A stretch of 64,000 bases of DNA, from the NCBI GenBank assembly GCA_028693815.1, contig JAQUUP010000001.1, positions 8,433-72,432 of the forward strand, read 5' to 3'. This document shows, piece after piece, positions 1 to 9,861 of the stretch (positions are counted from its first letter, which is position 1; each line of letters begins with the position of its first letter). Source of the DNA: Candidatus Omnitrophota bacterium (GTDB taxonomy: Bacteria; Omnitrophota; Gorgyraeia; Zapsychrales; Aceulaceae). The notes under the pieces were generated by a model. The model worked only from the letters and a program-made list of their open reading frames with translations, made no database searches and was not told the origin of the DNA. Made by a program: the position numbers and the translations under genes.

Positions 1-799
1 AAAAGGAAAAAGAACAACAGCAGAAATCCCTATTCCAAGAATATAAAAACTCAAAAGGATTAATATTTTTTTTACTTTATTAGGATTCTTGTTTTTGACA
101 TCTTGCCAAAACAAAAACATAACATATAGAGCTGTCAAAAATTGTGTTAAGAAAATATGCTCCACATGTCCAGAAAACACATTTAATCCAATTGCCAAAC
201 TAAAAAATACGTAATGTTTGATCGAAGGCTCTTTAAAGACTTTATAGGAAACAATGAACAATAAAGGAAGAAAAATCTCTGCATTAACCGTCCACAGCTG
301 ATTTACGACCATAGGGCCAGTGAACATAAAAGTTAGTGCCGCTGCAATCCTCGGGAAGAAAGAAAATTTCCAAACATTCATAAGCCAATACATTAGCAAT
401 CCAGCAACCAATATTCGAGCAAGAATCAAAACATCAAAACTAATTGTATTTGGAAGGACATAAAGAAGTGCGTTTAACGGAAAGAAAATTCCTCCTTCCA
501 TCATGAGACTCATCGGAACTCCGCAGAGTTGATGGGGATTCCACAACGGGAAAATGCCGTTTTGAAAATTTATTTTTAGAAATTGAAAAAACGATTCTTC
601 CAGTGAAGCCGTATCACAAAAAATCATAGAAAAGAAATTATGAAAATTCCCTCCTTGTCCATACGGGCCATACGGTAACGCCTGAGCATACATAGTTGAA
701 ATCTTAAAGGTTTTTCCTAAAAACACAATGTCATAGAAAAAACCTAAAAGAATAACTGAAAAAAGAATCAAAATTAAAGAAAATCCATATCTTCTTTTC
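1..799 (-). CDS. Polytopic membrane protein, N-terminal part only (GT-C / YfhO-like); the gene runs off the left edge of the window
   Basis: Manual minus-strand translation from ~797 (VKRRYGFSLILILFSVILLGFFYDIV...PLWNPHQLCGVPMSL...) is open to position 1 with successive hydrophobic helices. It is absent from the ORF track because there is no stop inside the window. No specific family motif was verified. Confidence 0.4.
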
Positions 800-872
800 A
801 CAAATCCGTCCTATGTTAAGAAATCCAAATTTTATTAAGATATTTTCAATTCACCTAAAAATTTAAATCTTT

Positions 873-1547
873 TCATTCATTACAATTTTCTAAATTTAAC
901 AGTAACACAAACTCACCTTTGGGAGGCTTTTGGGAAAAGTGCGTGATAAGCTCGCTGGCTTTACCTTGTTTGACTTCTTCAAACTTCTTGGTAAGCTCTC
1001 TTGCGCAAACAACCACAGGATCTTTCAAGACATCCTTGATGTCTTCAAGCGATTTGATGACACGATGAGGCGCTTCATAAAAAATAACAGTCTTTTTTTG
1101 ATCTTTAAAAGTTTCAAGCTTTTTTTGTCGTGCAACAGATTTAACCGGCAAGAAACCTTCAAAACTAAAACTATTGGCAGGCATCCCAGAAAGAGTTAGC
1201 GCCATCACAAAAGCGGTTGCACCTGGAATAGCTGTTACAAGAATATCGTTTTCTTTAGCAAGCTTAATAAGCACATAGCCCGGATCACTAATGCCAGGAG
1301 TTCCTGCGTCAGAAACAAGCGCGATATCTTTGCCCTCCATCAGCAATTTTAAAATATACGAAGACTTTGATAATTTATTATGCTCATAATAACTTGTAAG
1401 CGGCGTTTTGATTTCGTAAGCGTTGAGAAGAATTCTGGTATGGCGCGTATCTTCAGCGGCGATTAAATCAACATTTTTCAATGTTTCAATAGCACGCAAT
1501 GTAATATCTTTAAGATTACCGATGGGGGTGGAGACGATATATAACAT
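873..1547 (-). CDS. rsmI: 16S rRNA (cytidine1402-2'-O)-methyltransferase RsmI (tetrapyrrole-methylase fold)
   Basis: 224 aa; N-terminal LYIVSTPIGNLKDITLRAIETLKNVDLIAAEDTRHT matches the RsmI signature. Confidence 0.85.
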   Translation of the reverse strand: MLYIVSTPIGNLKDITLRAIETLKNVDLIAAEDTRHTRILLNAYEIKTPLTSYYEHNKLSKSSYILKLLMEGKDIALVSDAGTPGISDPGYVLIKLAKENDILVTAIPGATAFVMALTLSGMPANSFSFEGFLPVKSVARQKKLETFKDQKKTVIFYEAPHRVIKSLEDIKDVLKDPVVVCARELTKKFEEVKQGKASELITHFSQKPPKGEFVLLLNLENCNE

Positions 1548-1645
1548 AAATTAGCATATAGCGTATAGGGATTAGCGTTTAGAAAATCAAAACCTTAATT
1601 CATCTGCTTTTTCTATGCGCTATCCGCTATGAGCTATCTTTCAAA

Positions 1646-3478
1646 TTATTCTACGGTTACCGATTTAGCCAAATTTCTTGGCTGATCAACGTCATTACCT
1701 CGTGCAACAGAAATATAATACGCAATCAATTGTAGTGGCACAACCGTAAGAATGGGGGTAAGCATTTTATGAATCAAAGGAATATAAATCACATTGTTTG
1801 CATGTTGACTAATAACGCGATCGCCTTCGCTTGCAATAGCAATAATTTTTCCTTTACGTGCACGAATTTCTTGAATATTAGAAATCATTTTTTCATACGT
1901 ATCTGACTCAGGAACAATGCAAACAACCGCGCGATATTCATCAATCAATGCAATCGGTCCGTGCTTCATTTCTCCTGCAGCATAGCCTTCAGCCGGAATA
2001 TAAGAAATTTCTTTTAACTTTAAGGCTCCCTCGAGTGCTGAAGGAAAATTAATATTTCGGCCTAAAAATAAAAAGCACCCAAAATGCGAATTAGCTTTAG
2101 CTACTTTCGCAATCTTTGTCCTAAGTTTCAAAATCTTTAAAATTGCGGCTGGCGCTTTTTTAAGACCTTTGATTATTTCTGCAGCCTTGAGAGGTGTAAT
2201 TTTCTTCTTTATAAGGCTTAATTTCAACGCAAAAAGATACAGCATGCCAAGCTGCGCTGTATACGCTTTTGTAGATGCAACACCAATTTCCGGGCCTGCA
2301 TGCGTATACAAAACACCATCTGATTCACGCGCAAGAGAAGATCCAACAACATTGCATATGGAAATTACTTTTGCACCCTTGGAACTTGCCTCTCGAACAG
2401 CTGCCAAAGTATCGGCTGTTTCGCCAGACTGGCTGATCGCAATCACAAGAGTTTTTTTATCAATAATAGGTGTCCGATATCGAAACTCGCTTGAAACATC
2501 AATCAAAACAGGCACGCGTGCTAACTGCTCAATAATATATTTTCCAACAAGGCCAGCATGATACGCTGTTCCGCAGGCAACAATCACAATATTATTAATT
2601 CTTTGAAGATCACTATCTTTTAAAGAAATTCCCTCTAAAACAACCTTGTTTCCCTTAATACGGCTTGAAAACATGCGCGCTAAAACTTTAGGCTGCTCAT
2701 AAATTTCTTTCAGCATGAAATGCGCAAAACCTTCTTTTTGAACAGAATCAATCTTAAGCGAGACTTGATGAACTTTATATTTTACTTTCTTTCCAGCTAA
2801 ATTAAAAATAGAGATGCCTTTTCTGGTCATATCAGCAATCTCTCCGTCTTTAAGATAAACGATCTTGCGCGTCTTATCTAAAATGGCAGGAACATCCGAG
2901 GCAATAAAATTTTCATTCTTACCCATTCCAATAATAAGCGGAGAACCAAGGCGAGCGGCAATCAATTGATCTGGATGATTAGAGCTAATAACACCGATGG
3001 CAAACGATCCTTTAAGCTTGCGCACAGTCTTTCGAACAGCCTCGAGAAGATTGCCTTTGTACGAAAAAGAAATCAAATGCGCAATAACTTCAGAGTCTGT
3101 TTCGGATAAAAATTTATAGCCCTTACTTTTTAGGAAATCTTTAATCTCTTGATAATTCTCAACAATTCCATTATGAACAATCAAAAACTTTCCAGATGAA
3201 TCAAAGTGAGGATGAGCATTTATTTTTGTAGGCTTGCCGTGCGTTGCCCAGCGTGTATGTGAGATCCCTAAGCAACCCTCAGCAATAGGATGGGCTTCAA
3301 GGAGGTCAGAAAGATTCTGAATCTTTCCCTGCGTTTTACAAAGATTGATTTTATGATTTTGATTCGCTACAACACCAATGCCACATGAATCGTACCCCCG
3401 ATATTCTAGGCGCTTTAATGCGCTTAACAAAATGGGCTGTGCATTCTTGTCGCCAATATATCCTACGATTCCACACAT
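1646..3478 (-). CDS. glmS: Glutamine--fructose-6-phosphate aminotransferase
   Basis: 610 aa; MCGIVGYIG Ntn-amidotransferase start with catalytic Cys2; two SIS domains; C-terminal ...AKSVTVE. Confidence 0.95.
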   Translation of the reverse strand: MCGIVGYIGDKNAQPILLSALKRLEYRGYDSCGIGVVANQNHKINLCKTQGKIQNLSDLLEAHPIAEGCLGISHTRWATHGKPTKINAHPHFDSSGKFLIVHNGIVENYQEIKDFLKSKGYKFLSETDSEVIAHLISFSYKGNLLEAVRKTVRKLKGSFAIGVISSNHPDQLIAARLGSPLIIGMGKNENFIASDVPAILDKTRKIVYLKDGEIADMTRKGISIFNLAGKKVKYKVHQVSLKIDSVQKEGFAHFMLKEIYEQPKVLARMFSSRIKGNKVVLEGISLKDSDLQRINNIVIVACGTAYHAGLVGKYIIEQLARVPVLIDVSSEFRYRTPIIDKKTLVIAISQSGETADTLAAVREASSKGAKVISICNVVGSSLARESDGVLYTHAGPEIGVASTKAYTAQLGMLYLFALKLSLIKKKITPLKAAEIIKGLKKAPAAILKILKLRTKIAKVAKANSHFGCFLFLGRNINFPSALEGALKLKEISYIPAEGYAAGEMKHGPIALIDEYRAVVCIVPESDTYEKMISNIQEIRARKGKIIAIASEGDRVISQHANNVIYIPLIHKMLTPILTVVPLQLIAYYISVARGNDVDQPRNLAKSVTVE

Positions 3479-3499
3479 AAAATTATTTCTAAGTTTAAA

Positions 3500-3787
3500 T
3501 TACTTTGAAGCAACTTTTTTTACAGTCTTCTTTTTTTCCGTTTTCTCAACCGGACGAATATTAACAAATGTTACAGTCTTTTTATATGTCCCTCTTTTTT
3601 TCTCAAAATAAACTTCACCATCGCAAGCAGCCGTCAAATGCATACGTCCTGCAACGTTAATGCCTGGCTTCCACTTGTCCCCCTGGCGAGTTAAAACGGT
3701 TCCTGCCTTAACTTTAGATCCACCAGCAACTTTAATGCCTCGCGTTTCCTTGTAATTAATTTTTGATAAACCACCGACTTTTGCCAT
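3500..3787 (-). CDS. rpmA: 50S ribosomal protein L27 with a Lys-rich C-terminal extension
   Basis: 95 aa; core KAGTVLTRQGDKWKPGINVAGRMHLTAACDGEVYF matches the L27 consensus (AGxIIxRQRGTKxHPGxNVGxGxDxTLFAxxDGxVxF). Confidence 0.8.
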   Translation of the reverse strand: MAKVGGLSKINYKETRGIKVAGGSKVKAGTVLTRQGDKWKPGINVAGRMHLTAACDGEVYFEKKRGTYKKTVTFVNIRPVEKTEKKKTVKKVASK

Positions 3788-3909
3788 GAATTGCCTCCCC
3801 GAATGAGCCCCTGCCGTTTTGCTTCGCTTTTGCTTGTAAAACGAAGCAGCAGGAGCGAATTTATCCCACGCAAGCAGGATTAATGCTGTTAATAAATATT
3901 ACTCTTATT

Positions 3910-4656
3910 TTACTTTAAAATCTCGTTGACTTGTTTCTTGAGATCTTCGCTCGTTCTCGCGTTTGTTCTTTTGCCATTTATAAAAAACGTTGGCGTACCT
4001 CCTACGTCAGCTTTTCCAGCAATCGCAAGATCTTTTTGAATCATTTGCTCTAGCTGTGCATCTTGCTCTTGCATCTTTTGAACAAATTCATCTTTGTTAA
4101 TTCCAAGCTGTCCAGCTAACTCCCCATACTTGTCTTCACTTAAATCTTTAGCATTTTGAAAAATTAAATCCAACATTTCCCAATATTTCCCATACTGCTT
4201 AGCAACCAAAAGCGCTTTTGTCGCCGGTTTTGCTTGCTTGTGATAAGAAAGAGGAAAGCTCATAAAAACATAATTCACATCCTCAGGATAAACACTTACA
4301 ACATCCGCTATAATTGGATGAAACTTTTGAGAATACGGACACTGAAAGTCAGAAAATTCCACAATGGTTACTTTTGCTTCTGGGTTTCCCTTAACCATTG
4401 AACCGCTAGTATCAATATCGTAAACTTTGTTAGGATCGATCTGAGGTCGTTCGTTCTTTTGTGCACCTTTCTGACGTGCAAACCCTTGAGACGTCAACAC
4501 TTTGACTATTTGCTTTTGATTATTTTGAATAATCGTCAGCTGCTCCTCTATATTTTTCTGATAAATAAAGTTTCTTTTATACTCATTCATCTTTAGCGCA
4601 AACAGTGCGAAAAGAAAAAGAACAACAGCAGCAAACAATATTACTCTTCTTAACAT
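3910..4656 (-). CDS. DsbA-family thioredoxin-fold protein, membrane-anchored or secreted, with a monothiol CPYS active site
   Basis: 248 aa; N-terminal hydrophobic helix; VTIVEFSDFQCPYSQKFHP is a DsbA-like context but the second Cys of CxxC is Ser. Confidence 0.65.
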   Translation of the reverse strand: MLRRVILFAAVVLFLFALFALKMNEYKRNFIYQKNIEEQLTIIQNNQKQIVKVLTSQGFARQKGAQKNERPQIDPNKVYDIDTSGSMVKGNPEAKVTIVEFSDFQCPYSQKFHPIIADVVSVYPEDVNYVFMSFPLSYHKQAKPATKALLVAKQYGKYWEMLDLIFQNAKDLSEDKYGELAGQLGINKDEFVQKMQEQDAQLEQMIQKDLAIAGKADVGGTPTFFINGKRTNARTSEDLKKQVNEILK

Positions 4657-4829
4657 ATTTGTTTTCCTTTCAATATACCTACTGATTTATTTTTTAATTT
4701 CACAAATTAAGATCAAAAATATTGTATTTTCTTCATTTTTCATCCAATTTATTGTGACAGAATAAACGATTTTACCCTATAAAGTCTTATTTGGCAAACA
4801 AATTCTACCTCTTGCCCTCTTGCGAAGCT

Positions 4830-5672
4830 CTACAGTGAAATCCCTCCATAATAAGATACGATATGCTTAATATCGTTCCATCGGCGCCCAGATTTGCAAC
4901 CAAAAATTGCAATAATAAGGTCATCATTGCCTTGCTTAGTATATCCAACAAAACAAGACTTTGCTTTTCTAGTATATCCCGTTTTTCCAAAAAGCTTTTG
5001 TTTCCAATCAAAAAACAAAATCTTATTATGACTCTTCAATATTGTTTTTCGCCCATTTTCTGAATAAATCGTTTTATGTTTATATGTAATTGCTTTACGA
5101 AAAAAAGAATGTTTAAGCGCCGCCCTAAAAATCAAATACATATCATAAGCCGTTGTATATTGCGTTCCTGACTTCGTTGGAAGTCCGTTAGAATTCGCAA
5201 ACTTTGTATGCCGACACCCTAACTGCTTTGCTCGCTTGTTCATCATAACAACAAAATCTTTTTCTGTTCCAGCAACCGCCTCAGCTAAAGCAACGCTACC
5301 ATCATTGGCAGATGAAAGTAAAATCGCAAAAAGAAGATCTGACGCTTTATATCGATCCCCCGGTTTAGCATAAATCTTGCTCGGTTCAGGATACGTAGCA
5401 TTTTTACTAATTTTAACCATACGACTCAACGGAAGCTTCTCCAGAACAAGCAACGCCGTCATTACCTTAACCGTGCTCGCCGGCAAAACTTTTTTATGTA
5501 CACTTTTGCCATAAAGCCTTTTAACTTTTGTGCTATTAGAAAAAATGGCAGAATTAGCAGAAACACGATACTTTTTGGCAGCTTCGCTTTTTTCAGATAC
5601 ACCTAAAAAAAGAACAAAAAACAATATAAAGCTAACATGAAATTTTTTAACTTTCAGAAAATTTATCAACAT
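4830..5672 (-). CDS. D-alanyl-D-alanine carboxypeptidase (serine-type, peptidase S11 / PBP5-6 family)
   Basis: Signal peptide; SxxK (ASTVK), SxN (SAND) and KTG (KTGYT) motifs in canonical order. Confidence 0.8.
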   Translation of the reverse strand: MLINFLKVKKFHVSFILFFVLFLGVSEKSEAAKKYRVSANSAIFSNSTKVKRLYGKSVHKKVLPASTVKVMTALLVLEKLPLSRMVKISKNATYPEPSKIYAKPGDRYKASDLLFAILLSSANDGSVALAEAVAGTEKDFVVMMNKRAKQLGCRHTKFANSNGLPTKSGTQYTTAYDMYLIFRAALKHSFFRKAITYKHKTIYSENGRKTILKSHNKILFFDWKQKLFGKTGYTRKAKSCFVGYTKQGNDDLIIAIFGCKSGRRWNDIKHIVSYYGGISL

Positions 5673-5677
5673 AATTT

Positions 5678-6694
5678 TTATTTTAACTGCTGGAATGCTA
5701 AAGAAATTATTTTTTGAATAAGAGCGTTATACTGAATACCTATTTTCTCGGCTGACTGGGCCACCTCGTCACACCGAGCGATGCAAGGATTTGCATTCGG
5801 CTCGATAATATAAATGCGCCCGTTTTCTGTTACCCTAATATCAAAACGTGCATAACTTTGAATATTCAAAGCTCTATACGCACGTTTACATGTTTCTTTG
5901 ATTCGCTCTTCTAGATCTCCAGAAAGCTTTCCGATAAAAACACTTTTGATATCCCATTTTTCTCGATATTTATCGTCCCATTTTGCCTTATATGTGGCAA
6001 TGCGCGGCTCATCTTCAGACATTTTTCCAAATTTCATTTCTCTTAGAGGTAATACTTTTAATCTCCTAGTTCCAAAAATACTGACATACATTTCTCGGCC
6101 TTCAATATATTCTTCTGCAATAGCATCAGCGTTCATGTTCTCATGAATAAAACGAACACGCTCAATAAGCGCCTCCTCTTTATCGACAACAGATGCCAGC
6201 GATATCCCTCGAGAAGCCTCTTCGCTTAACGGCTTAACAATCACTGGAAGCTTTATATATTTCGGAAGCCACACTTTATGTTTTCGATAAAATGTATGAA
6301 ATCGCGGAACACGAATACGATGAAAACGAAGTATTTTTTTTGCTAAGGCTTTATCATTACAAATAAAAAGGCTTTCTGCAGAAGACCCTGTATAGGGGAT
6401 ATCTAACATCTCAAAAAGCCCCGCCACATTCTTATCCAGATGAGATTTTTGATTAAACACTTCAGCTAAATTAAAAATAACATCAGGAGAGAATTCTTTA
6501 ACCTCGTCAAGCAACACACCAATATCATTACAAAGTCCTAGCACGCGCACTGTATGCCCATTTTCTAAAAGAGCACGATAAACATCGCTTTCTGTATACC
6601 AATTATCCTCGTCCTTAAATTCTTCATTAAAATCATAGCCTCTTGGTTTTGCATGCGGACTATCGAAAACTAAAAGAACTTTAAGCTTCTTCAT
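5678..6694 (-). CDS. ATP-grasp ligase of the D-Ala-D-Ala-ligase-like family
   Basis: 338 aa; Ddl-like N-domain (KVLLVFDSP...GHTV) and ATP-grasp C-terminal core (EEYIEGREMYVSIFG ... ARFDIRVTENGRIYIIEPNANP). Confidence 0.6.
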   Translation of the reverse strand: MKKLKVLLVFDSPHAKPRGYDFNEEFKDEDNWYTESDVYRALLENGHTVRVLGLCNDIGVLLDEVKEFSPDVIFNLAEVFNQKSHLDKNVAGLFEMLDIPYTGSSAESLFICNDKALAKKILRFHRIRVPRFHTFYRKHKVWLPKYIKLPVIVKPLSEEASRGISLASVVDKEEALIERVRFIHENMNADAIAEEYIEGREMYVSIFGTRRLKVLPLREMKFGKMSEDEPRIATYKAKWDDKYREKWDIKSVFIGKLSGDLEERIKETCKRAYRALNIQSYARFDIRVTENGRIYIIEPNANPCIARCDEVAQSAEKIGIQYNALIQKIISLAFQQLK

Positions 6695-6700
6695 AATATT

Positions 6701-7744
6701 TTATTTTTTATCTCCTCGAAACCATCCGGTATAAACATAATTAAGAGTCAGCGCCGTGATATATGTTGATACCTTTAAAATTGCCACACTTTCAGAATCT
6801 TTGATCACAAGGTTAAGCGCGCGACATCGAACACAAATCCCTTTAAAAAGATCATTGATAATATACTTTTTTTCTCCCGTCCACATAGAAACATTATTCA
6901 ATATTTCTCGACGATACTTCGATATGCTCTTGACAGCCAGTGGCATACTTTTATTTTCCTCTGTTCGTTCTAAAAAAATTCTTTTTAGATTCTCGTCATG
7001 AAAATGAGGAAAATCTTCGGCATGGAAACGTTTCTTTTTTTTGTAATGATTTTCTAGCGTTATTTTCAGTGTCGATGCCTGCCAATACTTTTTTCCTTTT
7101 TTAACAGAAGGATCTTTATGTTGAATTTTTTTCATCAACGATTCAACATATTCAAGCTTTTTAATAGCCTTCCATTTCTTGTATTGATTTTGCCAATCCG
7201 CATTCGGTGTAAGCCAAATCGCAAAAGTCTCTGAAAAATCTTCATCTGGATGATACTGCGCGTAAAATCCATCTAAATGACGAACAAAATTTTTGCTATG
7301 CGGTCGATAACGATATGTATCATCATACTCTTCCGACGAATGACCAAACATTTCTTGCCAACTGCGTTTCTTATGCAAGCGATACGCATAGCTTATCGCA
7401 TGACCTAATTCATGACGCAAAAGCTGTAAACATGTTTTTTTTGTTCCACCTTCCACATCCAGCATCATCTTCTGCTCAAGCTTCATCAAAGCCGGATGTG
7501 CCAAATAAAACGGAATACCAATAACAGGCTCATCTTCCGGCGTCAACCATTCTTCCGCTAAATAAAATTCTGGTTTAAATTTAAGATTTTTACTTTCAAG
7601 CTCGGCACAAACTTCACTAATGCATTCCTCAATCCACGTCCCAGCAATCGCGAGGGGAAGGTCACAAATACGTGAAGCTAAAAGCTTCTCTTCAGAAATT
7701 TCAGATAAATTAATTATTATTTTTTCTCGTCTCATTTTTATCAT
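6701..7744 (-). CDS. Putative zinc metallopeptidase with an HExxH motif (LRHELGHA)
   Basis: 347 aa; single HELGH motif in a conserved-looking context; arranged 6 bp downstream of the ATP-grasp gene in an operon-like layout. Confidence 0.5.
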   Translation of the reverse strand: MIKMRREKIIINLSEISEEKLLASRICDLPLAIAGTWIEECISEVCAELESKNLKFKPEFYLAEEWLTPEDEPVIGIPFYLAHPALMKLEQKMMLDVEGGTKKTCLQLLRHELGHAISYAYRLHKKRSWQEMFGHSSEEYDDTYRYRPHSKNFVRHLDGFYAQYHPDEDFSETFAIWLTPNADWQNQYKKWKAIKKLEYVESLMKKIQHKDPSVKKGKKYWQASTLKITLENHYKKKKRFHAEDFPHFHDENLKRIFLERTEENKSMPLAVKSISKYRREILNNVSMWTGEKKYIINDLFKGICVRCRALNLVIKDSESVAILKVSTYITALTLNYVYTGWFRGDKK

Positions 7745-7864
7745 TTGATCTTTTCTGAATTATACCATAGCTTCAAAGCCAATAATATTAATTTTACAAT
7801 TCTTAAGAGACAGAAAAAGTTTTTTTTGTTATGATGCTAGCAGAAAATAAAAAGAAAGGTTGTT

Positions 7865-8659
7865 ATGTGGATTGAAAATATTATATTGGGCATCGCTCAA
7901 GGCATTGGAGAATGGCTTCCCATAAGTTCTGAAGGGCTCATTGCTCTTATTAAAATAAACTTCTTCTCTGGCGAAAACCTTTTTTCTATTATTAAACTTG
8001 CTCTTTTTCTACACCTAGGGACCTTTTGCGCAGCTTTTGTCTATTTCAGAAAAGATGTCCTTTCCCTTTTAAAAGCACTCTTTTTTTATAAAACAGCAGA
8101 AGAAAAGAACAAAAAATTACTAACCTTCTTAATTATTTCAACGACCATCAGTGGCCTGCTAGGTTTTGGGCTCATTACTCTTCTCTCTCAAATAGAAAAT
8201 CAAATACGTCTATCTGGAAAAATTATCACAGCTGGCGTAGGAATCCTTCTTCTTTTAACCGCTTTGTTACAAATTAGAACCAAAAAAACAGGTTCAAGAA
8301 ATATTTCAGACTTAAAAAAAACCGATGCCATTATCTTAGGATTCATTCAAGGCTTTGCTGTTCTTCCAGGATTATCTCGGTCTGGAACAACCGTCGCCGC
8401 ATTGCTTCTTAAGAAATTTGATAAAACAGTAGCGCTAAAACTAAGTTTTTTAATGAGCCTTCCAATCGTTCTAATTGGAAATATTTTCTTAGGGATAAAA
8501 TATTTTGAATTTAGCTTTGAGGCTCTAGCCGGATTTCTATTTTCTTTTATTTTTGGACTTCTAACAATCCACCTTCTTTTTAAAATTGCTGAAAAAGTAA
8601 ACTTTGGATATTTTATTCTTTTCTTTGGAATTCTAACAATTATTTCAGTCTTCATATAA
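7865..8659 (+). CDS. uppP: Undecaprenyl-diphosphatase
   Basis: 264 aa, 8 TM helices; ILGIAQGIGEWLPISSEG and PGLSRSGTT motifs characteristic of BacA/UppP. Confidence 0.85.
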   Translation: MWIENIILGIAQGIGEWLPISSEGLIALIKINFFSGENLFSIIKLALFLHLGTFCAAFVYFRKDVLSLLKALFFYKTAEEKNKKLLTFLIISTTISGLLGFGLITLLSQIENQIRLSGKIITAGVGILLLLTALLQIRTKKTGSRNISDLKKTDAIILGFIQGFAVLPGLSRSGTTVAALLLKKFDKTVALKLSFLMSLPIVLIGNIFLGIKYFEFSFEALAGFLFSFIFGLLTIHLLFKIAEKVNFGYFILFFGILTIISVFI

Positions 8660-8820
8660 GAGAAAATTAACTAAAACTAATCTTTAATCCCAGCAACTCT
8701 CACCATAGCGGTTTTTTCTTTTATTGCCCCTAGTTTTTTCACAAAATATGTTCTATAATTAAATTAGCTCTAAAGTTCGCATTTGTATTCTGGACAAAAA
8801 GGGATATCTAATACTCCCTA

Positions 8821-8872
8821 GGGGGCGAAATCCGGAATCGCGAAGAGCACAATCATCTTCGCCCCCTTTTTT
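8821..8872 (+). terminator. Rho-independent terminator downstream of uppP (GC-rich stem + T6)
   Basis: GGGGGCGAA...(inner GCGAAG/CTTCGC stem)...CTTCGCCCCC followed by TTTTTT at 8867-8872. Confidence 0.45.
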
Positions 8873-9081
8873 AAAATATCAATTCGCTGTCCTGTTATTT
8901 CAATAATATAAGAAATAAAAAAGTCCGCCTAAAAGATGAACTTTTTTTCAGGTTTATTCTACAAGATTCTGCGCAAAAGCAATAAAGCAAAGAAAAGCCC
9001 CGCAGCCTTCATATGTCTCTCGATGCTGCTTATGCTTTTTATGTTTTTCACAATCAAATGACCATCAAAACAATTAAAGAA

Positions 9082-9756
9082 TTATTCAACTTCTACAATT
9101 AAATCCCCTAAATGATGACAACAGGAGCACATATTCCCCTGTCCGCGCAGGCGAAGTTTTTGCCCATGGCGCGTTCCTGGCTTAATTTTAAGGGATATCT
9201 CTTTGCCATTATGATTAAACTTAGCCTCGCCGCCATTCATAAGCAAATTTTGCGGAATCTGAATCCTTGCAATAATATCTGTTATTTCCTGCCGAACAGA
9301 ATGGTTTTTCTGGAAATTTCCACCTGCTCCGAAAGAATAATGATGCGAATGACCCTGAACGCCTCCTATATGCTCAAAGATATCAAAAAATCCATCCTCT
9401 TCAAAAGATCTAGAATAATATTCTCCGTCGGATGTTTTTTTTGATGCCGCGGAGAATCCTCGAAGATGCCTAAGAATTTCATCAAAATCAAACCCCTGCG
9501 AATAAGCAAAATCTCCTTGAACCCCCGTAGATGACCCATGTTGATACGAATCATATTCCTGTCGACGTTTTTTATCATTCAAAACATAGTATGCCTCAGA
9601 AATTTCTTTAAATTTCTCCTCGGCTTTTACCTTTTTACCTGCAACCACGCGATCCGGATGATATTTAAGCGCAAGCCTCCGGTAAGCCTTTTTGATCTCC
9701 GCAAGACTGGCGTTCTGCGTCACTCCTAAAATTTTATAATAATCTTTATTTAACAC
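9082..9756 (-). CDS. DnaJ-like co-chaperone (J-domain + G/F region + single C-terminal domain, no zinc finger)
   Basis: [32 protein letters not shown]-domain with HPD; C-terminal KLRLRGQG...GDLIVEVE resembles a DnaJ CTD. Confidence 0.8.
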   Translation of the reverse strand: MLNKDYYKILGVTQNASLAEIKKAYRRLALKYHPDRVVAGKKVKAEEKFKEISEAYYVLNDKKRRQEYDSYQHGSSTGVQGDFAYSQGFDFDEILRHLRGFSAASKKTSDGEYYSRSFEEDGFFDIFEHIGGVQGHSHHYSFGAGGNFQKNHSVRQEITDIIARIQIPQNLLMNGGEAKFNHNGKEISLKIKPGTRHGQKLRLRGQGNMCSCCHHLGDLIVEVE

Positions 9757-9861
9757 TATCTACTCCATCGCCAGCTCAAACACATACCACATCGTCTCTC
9801 AGCTCTTTTACGTAAATTTATCAAACCCTATACTGATCAAACAAATCAATATTGCTCACCG

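Noticed and set aside
930-1199. Antisense or overlapping small ORFs from the six-frame track (e.g. 930-1199, 2169-2561, 3378-3611, 9112-9444, 14525-14842, 25104-25394, 30131-30379, 41539-41823, 43148-43670 and many others)
   Set aside because: Each is fully embedded in, or antisense to, a long ORF with clear homology. No RBS or domain signal; treated as spurious.
3691-3873. 60-aa ORF overlapping the rpmA 5' end and leader
   Set aside because: It overlaps a ribosomal protein gene in another frame; the region is better explained as leader/terminator structure.
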